Below, piece by piece: positions 24,800-40,078 of a stretch of DNA of 64,000 bases. The position numbers were made by a program, and so were the translations under genes. The first letter of the stretch is position 1. Each line of letters opens with the position of its first letter. The notes under the pieces were generated by a model that did no database searches, was not told where the DNA came from, and was given only the letters and a program-made list of their open reading frames with translations. The stretch comes from Hamiltosporidium tvaerminnensis FI-OER-3-3 (taxonomy: Eukaryota > Fungi > Microsporidia), in the NCBI GenBank assembly GCA_022605425.2, contig CM061256.1:1-64000 (forward strand), given 5' to 3'.

Positions 24800-26149
24800 A
24801 ATAGATACAAAAAGTATAAACAAAAATGATTTAATCTACTATGTATTTAAGAATATGAAATTCGTATTTTTTTACCGGTACATAAAATTCATATAAAAGT
24901 GCTAGGGCAGATGAATCATAATTGCCTAAAGAAAATTTTTAAATGCGCAGGAAACACTTCTTTGGCAACTTTATCTATTATATTTGTAATGTTTAAACTT
25001 TTATTGAAAATAATAAAAAATCTTCTTTATAATATAGAAGTGATAAATTAATAACCTATATTCTTGGTTTAAAATTATATTTTTGGAAAAAAAACATATT
25101 TTATTTGTCTTATTTCGCCATCTTATATGTATTTTAATTTCTATAATAAAACCAGGCAAATAAACTTATTTTTTCACAGCGAATTCAATAAGTATCAAAT
25201 GACATTTTATAGATACTAATACAATGTTCAAAATGTCATTCTTGTAAAACAATAATTGAATATAATAAGTAGTAAATTTTTTTTAAAGAAAAGCTCGTAC
25301 GATTAGAAATTGATTTCTTCGTTACCTTTACTTTTTGAAGTGTTATTTTCGAATCTCCAAGCCGAAATTATTCGATATTTTTCATTCAATGGCCGAAAAA
25401 TATCAAAACATTTCTTGAATATAGAATCTACATTGTTGGATAAGAAATCTAACTAGTTTGAAAGATAATGTCAGCTTCTTAGTAAAACCCCGCTTCATTA
25501 GACCGTGAATACAACTAGCTCGATCCCCAAAAATTTATACGGTAAACTAGGGATAGGTTCCAAGACAAATTCAGAATCGAATATCATAAATTAATAATTG
25601 GCATGTGTGTGCCTATGAAAACTGATAAATTCTTAAAAAAACCCGAAGAATAACTTTATAAAAATAAAAGTTATATTGAATAGACTTTTGAAGAGCCAAC
25701 TAAATTTTTTTCGTTAAAATTATTCATTTAATTTTAAATAATTCGATTGTAGTGTATTTATTTTTTTATTCGATTCCAAATACAAAATAATTATCTGCAA
25801 GCTTTTTGAGACTAAAGAAACATAAATTTTCAGGATTATATATTTAAATGTTTTTTGCATTCAAATTCAAAAAAAAATATTTAAATCGTTGAAACAGAGG
25901 CTTTATATATTTACAAACAAGCTAGTTAAATTCAGAGGAAAACCAGGTTTCTTGAATTTCTATATTATAGAAATCTGTAGTTGTAAACATCTAAGAATTT
26001 ATTCTTTCTTTTGATAATGATCTTTAAATATATTTGTTAGCTTCTCAACGAAATCTCTAACTGAATAAAAATTACCTTTTCTATATAAACAAAACCAACG
26101 AATTAAATATATAAAAGCAAGCTCGACACTTCTTAATATATAAGAACAT
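24800..26149 (-). pseudogene. Family member 2 (pseudogene)
   Basis: MFLYIKKCRACFYIFNSLVLFI*KR*FYSVRDFVEKLT, FTTTDFYNIEI, FMIFDSEF, ISAWRFE, with many stops and frameshifts. 3' end approximate. Confidence 0.85.
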
Positions 26150-29100
26150 AAAAATGAAAACAGAAACAATTAAATACCGTTAAAATATAATTTAATAGAT
26201 CAAAATATATAAATTAAATCTGCATTTATGGTAAATTGTTAACTTTTGATAGAATCGACTTCATTCTAATTTCTTAAAACAATTCTTCACAAAAATATAA
26301 ATTAATATTTTATGTAATAATTTGGATATCATTTTTTTTGTTAAATTCGACTTTATAGCAAAAAATATCCCTACTACTCTATTCAAATTCAATTTCATAT
26401 ATTTAAATCTTAGAATTTGGTTGATATGCAATTATAGATAGATTTAAAATATAGAAACATGAGAGTTTTTAAAAGTTTCATAATAACTCCGAAAAAATGG
26501 GTTTATTATAGTAGAAGATTCTTGTAATTTAATTATTTTGTTGAATGAATTTAAGAAATATAATCACTAAGTTAACACCTTAGTAATTTTAAAATAAGTT
26601 TAAAATTAGGCGCATATTATTAATTCATAATGTAAATACCGTAAGAATATAGATTTAAAAAAGAAGGATTAAAAACACTAGAAATAGAAACTTTTAAGTA
26701 ATCATCCTCTTTCTCTGTATTTTGTGTTTCAAATCACCTATTTTATTTTGGCCATATCCCTTAAAATTCTTTTGGTATTTAGAAGTAATTAAAAGTTTAT
26801 GTCTTCTCATTTCTAAAGATCTAATTATTTAGCGAAAGCAGTTGATCGCTCAAACTTAATTTGATCCGCAGACATTGTAGTTTTTTCGTTTTTTGAATTC
26901 TTGAAATATATTCTTGGATTCTCTCTCAAACCTTAAATAAAGTGTTTCAATCCTAACCTTATACTGTTTTTAAAAAAATATATAATTTGAAGGTTTAAAA
27001 AGATTTAAACCTCATTTATTACAGATACTTCAGGTTACTTAAGATATATTATGTTATATCTTTATAATACCTTATCTTAGCAAATAGGAGATTATATTAC
27101 AAAACATGTATAAATATGAGTTAAATTGGCTAAAAAGTATTATTTATTTGGTTTTTGTTGCTAAAAAAAAATCGGTTATTTATAGTGATTTGGACACCGA
27201 TAGTTTTAACTGTAAATGGTTTATTTGTAATTTCTTTTCGGTTTAATGTTAGACTCACTTCATTTAGGAACATAATATATTTTCATCTATTATCTAGTGT
27301 TTTCTTATGAATTTTTTAATAAAAAATACGTTTGTAATGTATAGTAAATAATTTAAAATCACCTTACTGTAGAGAATATGATATTTGCTATGATGTGGGT
27401 TTTTGCATACATTATCGCCTTATATGTAACAATTCTAGATTTTTATCGATACAAAAAAAATTTTAGGATATATTTTAAATTAAAGATATTAAATTCTGCT
27501 TTGTGTATTAAGAAATCTCTTTTCATGTTATTATAGTACAAAGACCAATATTATATAAATTTTTATACCTTAAAACATCAATTTATTACTTTCTCGAATG
27601 TTTTATATGCATTCATTACGGTGTTTTTTAGTATCTCTTTAGAACTTATATTCAACGTAATATTCGCTTATATCAGTTACAGTTAAACTTAATCCCTATT
27701 TTAGATTTAAGAATAACTTTTTTAATTATTTTTTGTGATTTTTTTGATCGTTTTAAACTTATATAGGAATTTGTTTACTTCTTGACGTTTAAATCTCTTT
27801 TGAATTGTGATTTGTAACTTAAAGACTTTTTTTTTCGACAAACGAGTACTTTATTAATATTTATAGCTTCATAATCAAATTCTTCAACTCCTTAAAACCT
27901 GCTACATTATTTCCAACATTATTAGAAGTGATATTTGGTATCGATTTCCATTGCCTTTTTTAAAGAAAAAATTTCAAATTAATCTGTGTTAGAATAGTTT
28001 TCCAAAAGGAGAAGTAGTTTGTAAAGTCTATCAAATATAATGTTTATGAGTTTCTTTGTGTTCTTTATTATTTATATGTATATATAATACTTAATTTTTT
28101 AAAAAGTATCTAATTTTCTTTTTATCTCATTTATTTGTAAAAATCCATGTCTTTCATTATGAAATGCAATATATTACGTCCGAAGAACTTAAAACGAGCA
28201 GAAAAAAAGTTTTGGTGATTTCATGACATATTTGTGAACAGAAAAATTTTATATATTTTATATTAGGCTTATCAGAAGAATAACTTACATTAATAAGAAG
28301 CAATCTATATTCTCAAAGAATCTATCTTTAATTTTTATTTTAATATCTTTAATCTAATAAATTTTGATCTATCTTAATAAATTCAAGTTTTTAAGTTTTT
28401 ATCGTACGAAGAACAGAATCAATTGATGATCAGCTTTTTGACTGTAGTATATGTTCTTTTTGAATCAGAATTATCTTTTTATTTACAAAACGTAAAATGC
28501 AAAAAATTTAAAAGATTTACATACACTAATGATACAGCTGATTTAACCCAGTATTTCGGCCTATCAATTCATATAAAATGAATTTTTTACACCCAATCAT
28601 TCATTTATATAATCCTGCACTAAATATTAAACATAATTTGAAAGGTTTTCAGATATTTTAGAGAATTACAATCGTAATCTTTATTAATCAATATTGTTCT
28701 CATTTTAAACATTTTCTTTAAATTTAACAAAAATTTTGCTATAAAAGGCGAATCTAATAATATGAATTTATAGAACCACTAGATTCATCATTTTTTCCAG
28801 ATGGAATACAAACATCGGCTTTTAGAATTAATTCAAATACTTTAGCCTTAAAATAAATTTAAGAAAAAAATATCAAAAGATTACTACACTTAAACTTTTA
28901 TTGGTTTTTTCGGAGAATAAATCTTATATTGAATTTATTATTTTTATAAATATGCTTTAAATGAACATTGAGATTTAAGTACAGAAATATTAGACATTTT
29001 GTTTATATAATCCTGTCTTATACTTTTATTTTATTTTTTTACTTTCAATTTTATAAGATTTAAAAATTATTTAAGCCAAGCTTGTATTAGGGGGATTCTA

Positions 29101-30419
29101 CAACTATTTGACTTTTTGATGTAACTAAACTCATGAAGTTTTACAATTTTTATGTGGTTTAACGATTATAGTATCTTTTGATCAAATGCATCTAAGAGAG
29201 ATCGTGGGATTATAATATAAATATTATACTTCTATTTTTATATCAAAGCGATATGGATTTCTAAAAGAGTACTTTATGGCAATTCATGAATCACTCACTC
29301 TATTTAATTAACTAAAAGAAAAAAAAAACGGTTTAGATATTTAAGAATAAAAAAATCTGATTTTTTTTAAAACTTTCAAAATCGCAGGTATTTTTTTTTA
29401 TTATAGAATTACTTTATTTAAAAATATTTCTGAATTCGTTAAAAATTTCTCTTACAATTTTTTTTATGTGTTCATAACATTGTAAGTAAATAATAAAGTC
29501 TTGATTGTGTTATTATCTACAATCTGTACTGTTTCTGCTTATTTTATTATATAAACGCAGATTTTTGCCCGATCCAGACTCACTATATTCGAATTTTTTA
29601 TATTACCGATGCTATTTTTTAGTCTGTCAAATATTTTTTATTGTGCTTGTTCTAATAGAGATCTAAGCTTAAGTGTCTAAATAATTTGCTATACCTTTTA
29701 AGTTAACCGTGTTATACATAGTTAAATTGGATGTAAAACAGATTAGTTCCATGAGTTTAGATATTTGCAATAATAAACAAAGACCTATGGCTGATGTAGT
29801 CTGTACAAGTAAAAACTTTTTTAAACTTTTCAACAATTTTTTTCTAAGCTTAGAAATAATAATATGGTTTAGATTTCAGTGATTTTAATCTAAATGGGAT
29901 TATAATTCTCTCTTTAGGTAGTCTTTTAGCTTTTTGTTAAAAGTTAGTACATGTTTTAACAAATTCATAATTTGAATTTTCGCCCACTTAAAAAAATTCT
30001 GCTTAAATTTCTACTTCTGGTTCAGCTTACTCAATTAAAAAAAGGTAAAATTTGAAACATAGAAATAAAAGTCATAAAACAAAGAAAATTTAAAGTAAAT
30101 TTTCTATTATATATTTTAATATCCATGTTTTCATTTTAAGCTTTAGATGCGAATCAAGAAAGAATGTTTGAAAAATTATCTCAAGCAAAATTATTTTAAA
30201 ATACATTTACAATCGATTAAAAGACATGACTGCTAAATTAACGAAACTCGATCAATATTTTGTGTGTAAAAGCAGAAAAATAGAAAGCACTTTAGAATGT
30301 CTTTAGACTAACCGAGAGAATAGGTAAAAGCATCTTAAATTTTATAGAAAAAACGAAGACAGTACTTGAGATTTAATCCAAACCTAAGAAATAAAAACAA
30401 TGAAAAATTACTTTAATTG

Positions 30420-31778
30420 TTATCCAATTATTTACTTTAAAACCTTTATCAATAAATAATTGATAGTTTTTTTAATATCATTCTTGTAGTGAACTCTTTT
30501 ACTAAAGCTACACACATTTTTTTAAAATCATCGATGGAAGCCGTTTCAAAGGAAAATTCATAGTTATCTTTTTCAAATTTGTTCACTTTATCAACTATGT
30601 TTGTTATATTCAAATTATGATCTGATGATATTTCAAAGGATTCGTTGCTTAAATATAGAGAAAAATCTAGAGCGAATTTCTTTTAAAATTATGTATTTTC
30701 TTTGAGAAAAAATGTAATATTAAACTGATTTGGTATTAGACTAAAATCTGTTGTTATTTTTTTTCTAAACTCAAGTGATTCTATTATAGCATATGTACTA
30801 GTTTTATGCCATATGTAATGCTCATTAGCAATCAGTTCGGAGCTCAAAGAAGAAGTGCAACTAGTAGCACATTCTAGTATAAAATCGGTTTTAAAAGTCA
30901 TTATGGAGTAAAAATAAATTATTTTGTTGGGTTCATCAGAATGGCTTATTTCGGAACAAATATTTTTAAATCTCCAAAAAGATTTTATATGATAGTCGTG
31001 TTCTAATTGCGAAAAAATCATTACCTTTTCTTTCAGTATTGTATTCTGATCCTCAATACAGGAAATTTTTGGTAATTTACCGGATAATTTTAACTTTGTA
31101 TTTGCAGTTGATATGAGTCGAGGCCAATTTCTAGAATGATTAAATACCAATATTTTATCAGGCAGATCGATGACGTTTTCGAAAGAAATTTCGGGATCAA
31201 AAATCATAAATCTATAATTTGAAAAGGAGAATCGTAGGTCACCATATGTTCGTATGGCCCGATCAATATAAAATTTTCGAAATATTAATGTCATATTAAA
31301 AATATTTTTAAAGAGGTATTTCAAAAATTTGCTCGTAAAAAAAATCCTTTTTTGTTGGTAACAATATGTATTTTGACTTTTATTGATATATCCAACTTCA
31401 AAACAATAGTTATTTTCTTCAATTTTTCGTAAATCTAACAGATTACATATATTTGGATTTTTTTTCGATCTCTTTTTTTTACATTCAAAATCAAAAAATA
31501 TCTTAAAATTTCTAGAAACAGACAAATGTATGAACTTACAAATAGCTTCATTGATTCCTAAAAGTAGGTGAGGCCCTTTAAGGTTTAGTTCATAGAAATC
31601 GGAATTTTCAAATTGTTTTAATATTGCTTTAGATTTTTCATAAAAAAAATCTAGTTCCACATGTCAGTCTTTAGTCAAAATCAGATACTGCAAATCGTTC
31701 ATTTGTTGCTGTAAATATTGTTGACATGCAAAATATCCAAATTAAAATTTGTGACTTCTTGATCCAGTGAACATTCAT
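30420..31778 (-). pseudogene. Family member 3 (pseudogene; closest to member 5)
   Basis: ATG 31778 gives MNVHWIKKSQILIWIFCMSTIF..DFD*, then a frameshift into ORF 30689-31660. Homology continues past the stops (KKFALDFSL..FEISSDHNLNITNIVDKVNKFEK). Confidence 0.88.
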
Positions 31779-34700
31779 ATGAGTAGAAACAGAAATTTTT
31801 ATGTACTTTTTAAATATAATTTTATCTGATTAATATATTTCTTTAAATAAATGCGTAAATTAAAATAAGAATAAATCTTCTTTCTATGAATTTATACTGA
31901 TTAAGTAGTTTAAATTTGTTTTTATCCAACATTTTTTTGCGATAAAAATGCTTTAAACACCAAACATGTTGTTCAATCTTGACATTTAGATAACCGACTT
32001 ATTTTACAAAAGTATATTTATAAAGTAAATGAGTACATTAAGAAATATATTTTAAAAACAAAATATAATAATGAATTCCTAAAAAAACACAGATAACTTT
32101 AATAAAGTTAAAATACGATGCTAAATAATAAGAAAATTTGGTGATAAATTGTTATCAATTCATCTAACATAAAAATAAAAACTTAGCTAAACTATAAAAA
32201 AAAAGTACAAGCCTTCATTTTACTTTCACTTAAAAATCGGTGTTTACTCTAGCTTGAATCTCTGCTAATAACTTCTTCATATATAACAAGCTTTTGTATT
32301 TGAGCTAATCAGGATGGAAACAAACATATTTATTACATATAATACTTCAATTAAAAAAAAACCGATCATCTGAATCAAACAAAATATATAGTTCACAGTA
32401 CAGAATATATTAGCAAGAATTTCATAGAGGGCTAGTCTAAGCTTCACGATTACTTTTAAAAAGTTTCGTTGTGTTTTGGATTTCCATAGTTTGCTATGTA
32501 GACCACAATTAACTAGACAAGAAAAAACAAGGTTAAAATAAATAAGATATTAGTATCTCCACTAGTATTTTGAGCTATGATTAAAAAATTGAATATACAG
32601 GTCGAGACTAGGAGAGAAACATATCAATTTAAAAAACAAAATATTTGAAAAAAAATTTTAAAAGTGGTCGAACAGATAAAAGGCCTTATATCGAATCAAT
32701 ATTTTTATAACAATGGCAAGGAAATATAATTTATGGATGGATATGCTGAATCTAATTTCTGATTCGAAACAAAAATTAGAATTTAATGTGGTCCGTAATT
32801 ATGACTTATAATGAGATGAAACATTAAGAGCTATTTTGCTCCGTTATAAAGCAAGGCATACCTACTAAACTTGAAAAGTATCGAATTTTTCATCATACTT
32901 TTGAACAGAAATAGCTGATATTTAAAGACCGGAACCTTGAGTTTCAAGAAAATCGCAGTGTGTATACTTAAAAAATCATGTAGAGAATAGTTATATTAGC
33001 ATCTAGACAAATATAATAATTTTTTCGACCAGCAGAAACAAACATATGATGTACAAGATTAGAAAAGCATTTGCAATAATTTTTATATTTTTGTGCTTCT
33101 TGTATATATATTTTACATAGTTATGCGAGAAATCTATGCAAAAGCTGATTGATTTTGAAGTAAATTTCAAATTTACAACAGATCAAAAATGGTGGCAACC
33201 TCGAATGGTAATACATGATATGATTTGAGCTAGATAACAGTAATTAGTTTATTTTATCCAATTGATTTATAAATATAATGTATTGGCAGTTGAAAGAAAT
33301 ATTCGAAATTAAAGATAATTCTAGTATCTTTGCGCTTATAATTATTACTTTTACTTGTATTTTTATAATAGAAAACAATAATTCAATAAGTGGTTAAAAA
33401 TATGTTCATCTTTAATTTATGTTAGTTATTTGATGCTAAAAAATATATACATTGCCTCTTATCACAAACATATTTTTGAATTTAAAATTTTATAACCAAA
33501 AAGGTAAAGAATCAAGAAAAAATACTGCAATATGAAAACACAGAGAATAAGCAAATAAAAAACAATCTTGAGTAGTAATTATCTTACAAAAAGCAAAAAA
33601 GTAGAACCGATAGACTGTTACTACCAGCAATAGTATAAAAAAACACAAAGAAACAAAGAATAAATCAAATATGCTTGTTTCATCTATAATATTTGGTTGT
33701 AAATGCTGAAGAGCAAAATTTTGTTGTTTAAAGTTCAAAACTTCAGAAAAATAATATAAAAAAGAAGAAATTTTGCAGTAAAGTTTTAAAACATATCAAA
33801 TCGAAAATTTTAATGGAAATGCTCACAAAATATTGTTTTTCATTTTAGATTTTATGTTATAATTAAACATTTGTTATGAATCGTAAATAAAAATGCCAAA
33901 AAGTGCGATAGATAGGCTCATACTATAATACATCTTTGTTGATTGGGGGCTGTGCTTCTGATTTTTCTGGATGAATTCTACATCAAAAACATATTGAATC
34001 AAATTTTTACTCGAAAAAAGAGAATATGAGATTAAAAATTATATATCAGAAATAAAGAGTACGTATAATTAAAGACGTGGTACTTTTCATGACAGATTTA
34101 AACTTTTAAATATAAAAGGCTAAATAAAACAAAGATAGCCAAAACAGAATGTATTTGAAATAGTAAGATAGAATAGGTATTCGAAAGTTGAAAAGAATTT
34201 CAAAGCGAAATATATTATGAACGATGACTTTCATAAAACTGCATAGACTTAATTTCTTTTTTTGGTTATTAAATAAAAGTAATTTGACAATACCTACAGA
34301 TTTTAGGTTAGAATGCAGTTTTTTGCGTTAATATAGGAAGAACTACATATTAGACGTGTATTTATGTAAAACTTGTAAATGTATCGATTCGATCTTTCGG
34401 ACAATTAAAAGTTTTAAGTCATGAATAAAACATGATTTTTCTAAATTTATTTTTTAATCAGAAATAATAAAAATTTACCGCGCTTAAGGTAAATTTTTTA
34501 AATAAAATTAAAATAATCATATGATTCAACATAAAGAAATTATCTAGATAGAATATAGCTAATAGCAGATATACATTGAGGCTTTTCGTGAAACTTTATA
34601 GAAAATAGATAAAAAAACAAATTATAGAAGAGTAAACAAAGTTATATAATGCTATAAAAAAATTATCTATGAAAATGATGAAATTTGCGGAAAGCTTGCA

Positions 34701-36599
34701 TATTATAAAACCTTTAAACCAAAATAGGCAATTTTCTATGGAGATGATACTAAGAATTATTTTGTTTTTTCGTTGAAAACCTCAATATGTTTAAAATTGA
34801 AAAGTCGAAGATTATTGGGTAATTATATATAAAAAAAACCAGCAATACATGATCATAAAAAATCATTCGTTTTGTGCTATACTCATATTCTCTTTTGAAA
34901 ATATTACTTTACCTCAAAAACCAATACGAGCATGTAAGATAAAATAAGAATGATTAATAAGATGAATAAATAAAAGTTCAAAAATCAGGTTCCTTCATTA
35001 AAATTTGAATAATAGGCGTTTTATGAACTATATATAACAAGTCCTATATGATTATCAATAGAAATATAAAGTTATTACAAAGATTTACTTTAAATAATGA
35101 GATGAAAAATATACGAAATAAAAATTTAACTAAGATTTTAAGATTTTTTTTATTTGTAGTGTTCAAAGAATTTAGTATATAACAAAATAAAAAAATACTG
35201 TGACAAAATAACACAATATGTTCTTTTATCGTATCTCTAACTTATAGAATATAAAAAATAAATAAAAGATGGTTTTATGTTATGATGGTATAAGCTTTTC
35301 TCCTATTCAAGTAAAAAAAAACTAAAACACCAGCATTTATCTAAAACAAGTAGCAGATTTCTTGATTTCTTTTATTCAGAAAACTAAATATTCAAACCTA
35401 ATATTTATATTTACTAAATTAAGATATAAACAAAAACACTGAGCCTAAAATAATAATGACAATGAAAAATCTTAAAAAGGCGAAAAGTTTAAATTTTGAA
35501 ATGGGAATAAAAGATTCAAATATAAATACTACCTCTTAAATCAGGTGTAAGAATTAAAAAGATAACTGAAAAGACTAAATAAAAACAAATATTTATAAAG
35601 TCTTTGATTTAAAGCAACATGTCTAAAGTTCTACATATGTCTGGCCATTGTTATTACTCAATAGAACCTTTTTAGAATTAATATCATATGATATAATTAC
35701 AAATTCAAAAGAAAATATATTAGTATGTAGCCAGAAACCAATAAAACAGTTGCTAAGATATATATATCTCATAAATGAAGAACAGATAAACGATAAAACA
35801 AATAGAAATCCACAAAATTCATATCGAAATAAACATCTCTATTTATTTAAGAAATAAAAATATATTTATTTTCTAAATATACTATTTTTCATTGCGGCAA
35901 CTTAGTAATCTGAAATTGAATTTATTTTTTTTGAGAGCAAAAAATGGTATTTGGTTATGAATATATTGCAAAACCCGGGTTATATGCCTTTAATCGCTGA
36001 TATAACCCTACCAAGGGTTCGAATTAGAAAGCACAACAATTAATGCTTTCAGTGTGGTTTCAATAAATTGGCATATGAAAGCATTTTTGGAGATATTTTC
36101 TAATATCACAGAATTAATTAAATAAAAATTTTAACGCATTATGATAAGAATTTTATTTCCTCTATAAGGCCTTGAACAAATAAAATATGTTTTTGTCGGT
36201 GTCTAGAAATATTAAGAGTTGATACAAGCTCTATTTATTAAAGCAAAAAACATGCATATTTGTCGCATGCTTATAGATATTTTAGTTAATATTATTTGGA
36301 TTTTCTATGAAATATTTGTGAAAGTTATTTGAAACGATATCTAATACCTTAACTTTTATTGCATATAGAACTAACTCAGCAAAATATTGCCTAAATGCGA
36401 AAATAGAAGTAGAATTTGGGAATCTTCATATAATAAGCCGAAAAAATGTCTAAAGTACACATATTTTTAAAAAGTACGTCATTTTCTATAAATAAGGTGC
36501 CTATATGAAAATCGGTACTTCTTTGAATGCCAAAAGAATGTAAATATAAATTTGATTGTTCTTGATTTATATTTTAAAATTATGATGTAAATACCATAT

Positions 36600-38180
36600 A
36601 TTTGTGCTATTTATAAATATTCAGTAGGTTTTAAAATTTAATTTTGTTTTAGATGATTACTTACAGCTTTTGGGTAAACCAGCATTCTTTTTTCGCTCTT
36701 AATTTATGATAGGTAGTATTAAAAGCCATTTAATTATTATTTTAACCGAGATTTTCCTACCGAATGATTAATAGATATTTAAATTGGGTTAATTTTTTTT
36801 AGAATGCCATTATATAAAATTTGCGTTTCTTTGGTATTTAAATATTTTGCCGTGAAATTTATGATATTTTTATCGTAACTCAATTAAATAAGTGCAGTGG
36901 CACTTAAGAATATATAAATCTACGTCAGGATGTGAAGAAAGGCTTAACCCTCACCATAAAAGCACAAAAGCTGCTTGTATAGTGGTGAATATAAAAGTAA
37001 ATATTCTCTTCTACAACTCTTCGATTTTCTCGCATAGGTAAAGAAATATTGACTTTAAGAGCAGCATTTAATGACTATAAACAATATTAAAATTATCTAT
37101 TTATCAATAAAAAGCTTCTCAGATGTAAAATATACGTTTGCAAAGGAAGTCACTAAGAAGAATTTAGATGGAATTCAACTGTGACTATTATATGACAAAA
37201 TAGAAAACAAAAAGGTTAATAAAAGCTATATAAGAGAGAAAAATAAGTCGTAAGTTTAGGGATTCTTCACGACTGTTTATAAATAGGAATACTAGGTCAC
37301 TAAATATAAAGTTCTTGTTATATAAGATAAGAATGCATTCCATAGGTGCAGACGGTATGTTTTAAGCAGCAGTTATTCTGGTATAATGTGATTCATTTAA
37401 GCTCGATGTGAGAAAAAGATCACAAGTGACTTTAAATTACAGCATGATGCGAATTTATCATTTCAAAACCGCTTCTTCTAATTATATATAAGTTTACGTA
37501 CACAAACATATTATAAGTTAAAATGTACCTGGAATTCTTGATGACTACTATCCAGTGATTGAGCTTCGCTTAAAATTACAAGTGGTATCAAAATTGAAAA
37601 CAAACCTTGACATATTTATTTATGATAGGCGTAAAAAGAAGATTCATAATGATATCGGGATTGCTTTACAAATTTTACGGAAAAAATTTAGCTTTTAAAC
37701 CAATAAGTTATGATTTAATTATAAGTGTAGAGTTTAGAAAATTCTTTTTGTGATAACTCGGAACAATATTTGGCTAAAATTTACCCAAGACCTCGACAAA
37801 AGATTTCGAATTCCTATGAATGAAGAGGCATAGAATTTGGTCAATTGTACTCAGGAATGCATTGAAACTTTCCTTGGATCGAAGAAGAGAACTTATGTCA
37901 AGGCAAAATATCGAAGTGAGCTAAAAAGCGATAATGGATGGTATTAAAACCCCAGAGCTGTTTTAAAGTCATATCAGATTTTAAACAACCACATAAGAAG
38001 AAGCTTGTTCAAAAAAATATAAAAAATAGTGAACACTTTTTCTTTTAGATTGCGTAACCACATTATAACAGCTGAAAATTAACATAGTGAAGATTCTGGT
38101 ATTTAGTAAGAAAGAAAGAAGTGGATAAAATCATGAAAAAAAAGTAGAAATAGAGAATTTTTCGGAACCCAGATTGTCTA
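36600..38180 (+). mobile_element. Highly decayed R4/Dong-like LINE
   Basis: AAATCTACGTCAGGATGTGAAGAAAG, GAAGTCACTAAGAAGAAT, CTCGATGTGAGAAAA, CCTATGAATGAAGAGGCATA and GATCGAAGAAGAG are colinear with 58760-60374. Confidence 0.8.
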
Positions 38181-38791
38181 TACAATACATACACATTTCC
38201 TATTTCATTCAATAAAAGTATATCATTCGGCTTTTTTCTTGGTCATATTAGAAAAACTTTAATATTTTATATGCAATAAACATGTACTATTTTATCATAT
38301 TTTTTTATTTATTAAATTTTCGTGTGTCAATTATTTCAGTTTATAATCTTTTAACTTTAATTGAAAACATGTTGATTTAAATTTCTAAATATCAAATAAA
38401 CTTTTAGAAATATGTAATTTAATTCCAATCATTCGGTGCTTACGCTTCTCCGTAAGTAATATCATAAAAGTATTTAAGAAAATTCAAATATATTGATTTA
38501 GTGTTTTTTAAGTGATCAATACCTATTTTTGATGTCAAAAAATCGATTTCTATGATAATGAAACTATTATTGAACATATTCTATCTTGAAGTGGATTAAA
38601 TAGAACATATCTGATTAATTATCACGTAAAATCCAGGCAAAATGTCTTTATATTCAGCAGTTATAAGAACAACGAAAAGAAAGATGAAAAGAAAAACGAT
38701 AATTGCAATATATTCTGACCTTTTATTTAATATTGACCAAAATTATTCTTAATCGAAAGAAATTGTATAATTCGAGTTTTTTTTTCAAGAA

Positions 38792-40078
38792 TTAAAGATT
38801 CAAATTATTCTCACCGCATATTAGTTCTTCGAAAATCCGCATGATTATAATATCATGGTCTGTAGGTTCATAATAATTTTGACGAGAAGATCTCGTTTTG
38901 AAATTTTTCACGATGTCAATTATGTTCAACTTATTGTCAGATACAACTTCGCATTCTAATTCATAATTTTCGAAAATATTAAAAACTAAAGTATATTTTC
39001 TTGTAAATTCATCACATTCATTGAGAACAAATTGAACAGAATATGAAAATTTTTGCCAATTAAAATGTACTTGAAATTCTCTTTCAAAAACCGGCAGTGC
39101 ACTTGAATCGCTCGAATCACCTGAAGTAAATTTAAAACTACTTATATATTCTTTGATAGACAAGAATTCGGAATTCAATATGTTATAATTATTAAACAAT
39201 AATTGAATTTTTCTTGTATAGAATGTCGTTAAATTAAATTTTTTTTCATGTTCACTTTCTAAAGAATTATTCGCAAATCTCCAAGCTGCTTTAATTCTAT
39301 ATTTTCCTTTCAATGTGGAAAACATATTAAAACTTTTCTTAAAAATTAAATCCACATCATTCATAGGATGGGATACAGGCAATTTACCAGATACTTTAAG
39401 TTTAGTAGAAAACACATTTTTCTCGTGTCTTATGAAATATGCAGGACTTATCAGGCGTTTATTAGGTAAAGCAATAATATTCTCAAAACAAAATTCAGAG
39501 TCAAATATCATAAATCTATAACTATCAAAGCTATATTTATAAGATAAACCAGTACTTCCAATTAAATCAGGATATAATTTTCTAAAAATCAAGCTTACAC
39601 TAAATAAACAATTTAGAAGATATTTTAAAGATTTGTTTCCCCAAACTTTAGGTATTTTCTTGCCTGGTAAAGACACATCCTCATTATTTTTATATTTAAT
39701 TCCGAACAAAAAACTATTGTTTTTAAGTTTGCTAAGAGTAAAAAAATATGTATTATTTGGAACGTATGTTGCTCTATACTTATTACAAACATATTCTAGA
39801 AATATATTGAATTTTTTTGTTACAGATGAAGTTATATAATCGCAAATAAGTTGATTCATTTCAGAAGAAAGAGTAGGGGTTTCTAGCTCAATATCGTAGA
39901 AGTCGGAATCAGAAAAACTTCTTAGTGTTTTTTCTTTGCATCTATAAATTTTTTCGGTCATTTGCATAAGCTTTTCATTTAAATCATTAACAGTGTATGA
40001 AATTCCATTCAGCAAAAACATAACTAATAAATTAAAAATATAAATGTATGTTCGCGATTTCTCAATGAATAATACCAT
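38792..40078 (-). CDS. Family member 4 (intact, 428 aa)
   Basis: Same motifs and length as member 1; N-terminal basic plus hydrophobic segment. Confidence 0.9.
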   Translation of the reverse strand: MVLFIEKSRTYIYIFNLLVMFLLNGISYTVNDLNEKLMQMTEKIYRCKEKTLRSFSDSDFYDIELETPTLSSEMNQLICDYITSSVTKKFNIFLEYVCNKYRATYVPNNTYFFTLSKLKNNSFLFGIKYKNNEDVSLPGKKIPKVWGNKSLKYLLNCLFSVSLIFRKLYPDLIGSTGLSYKYSFDSYRFMIFDSEFCFENIIALPNKRLISPAYFIRHEKNVFSTKLKVSGKLPVSHPMNDVDLIFKKSFNMFSTLKGKYRIKAAWRFANNSLESEHEKKFNLTTFYTRKIQLLFNNYNILNSEFLSIKEYISSFKFTSGDSSDSSALPVFEREFQVHFNWQKFSYSVQFVLNECDEFTRKYTLVFNIFENYELECEVVSDNKLNIIDIVKNFKTRSSRQNYYEPTDHDIIIMRIFEELICGENNLNL

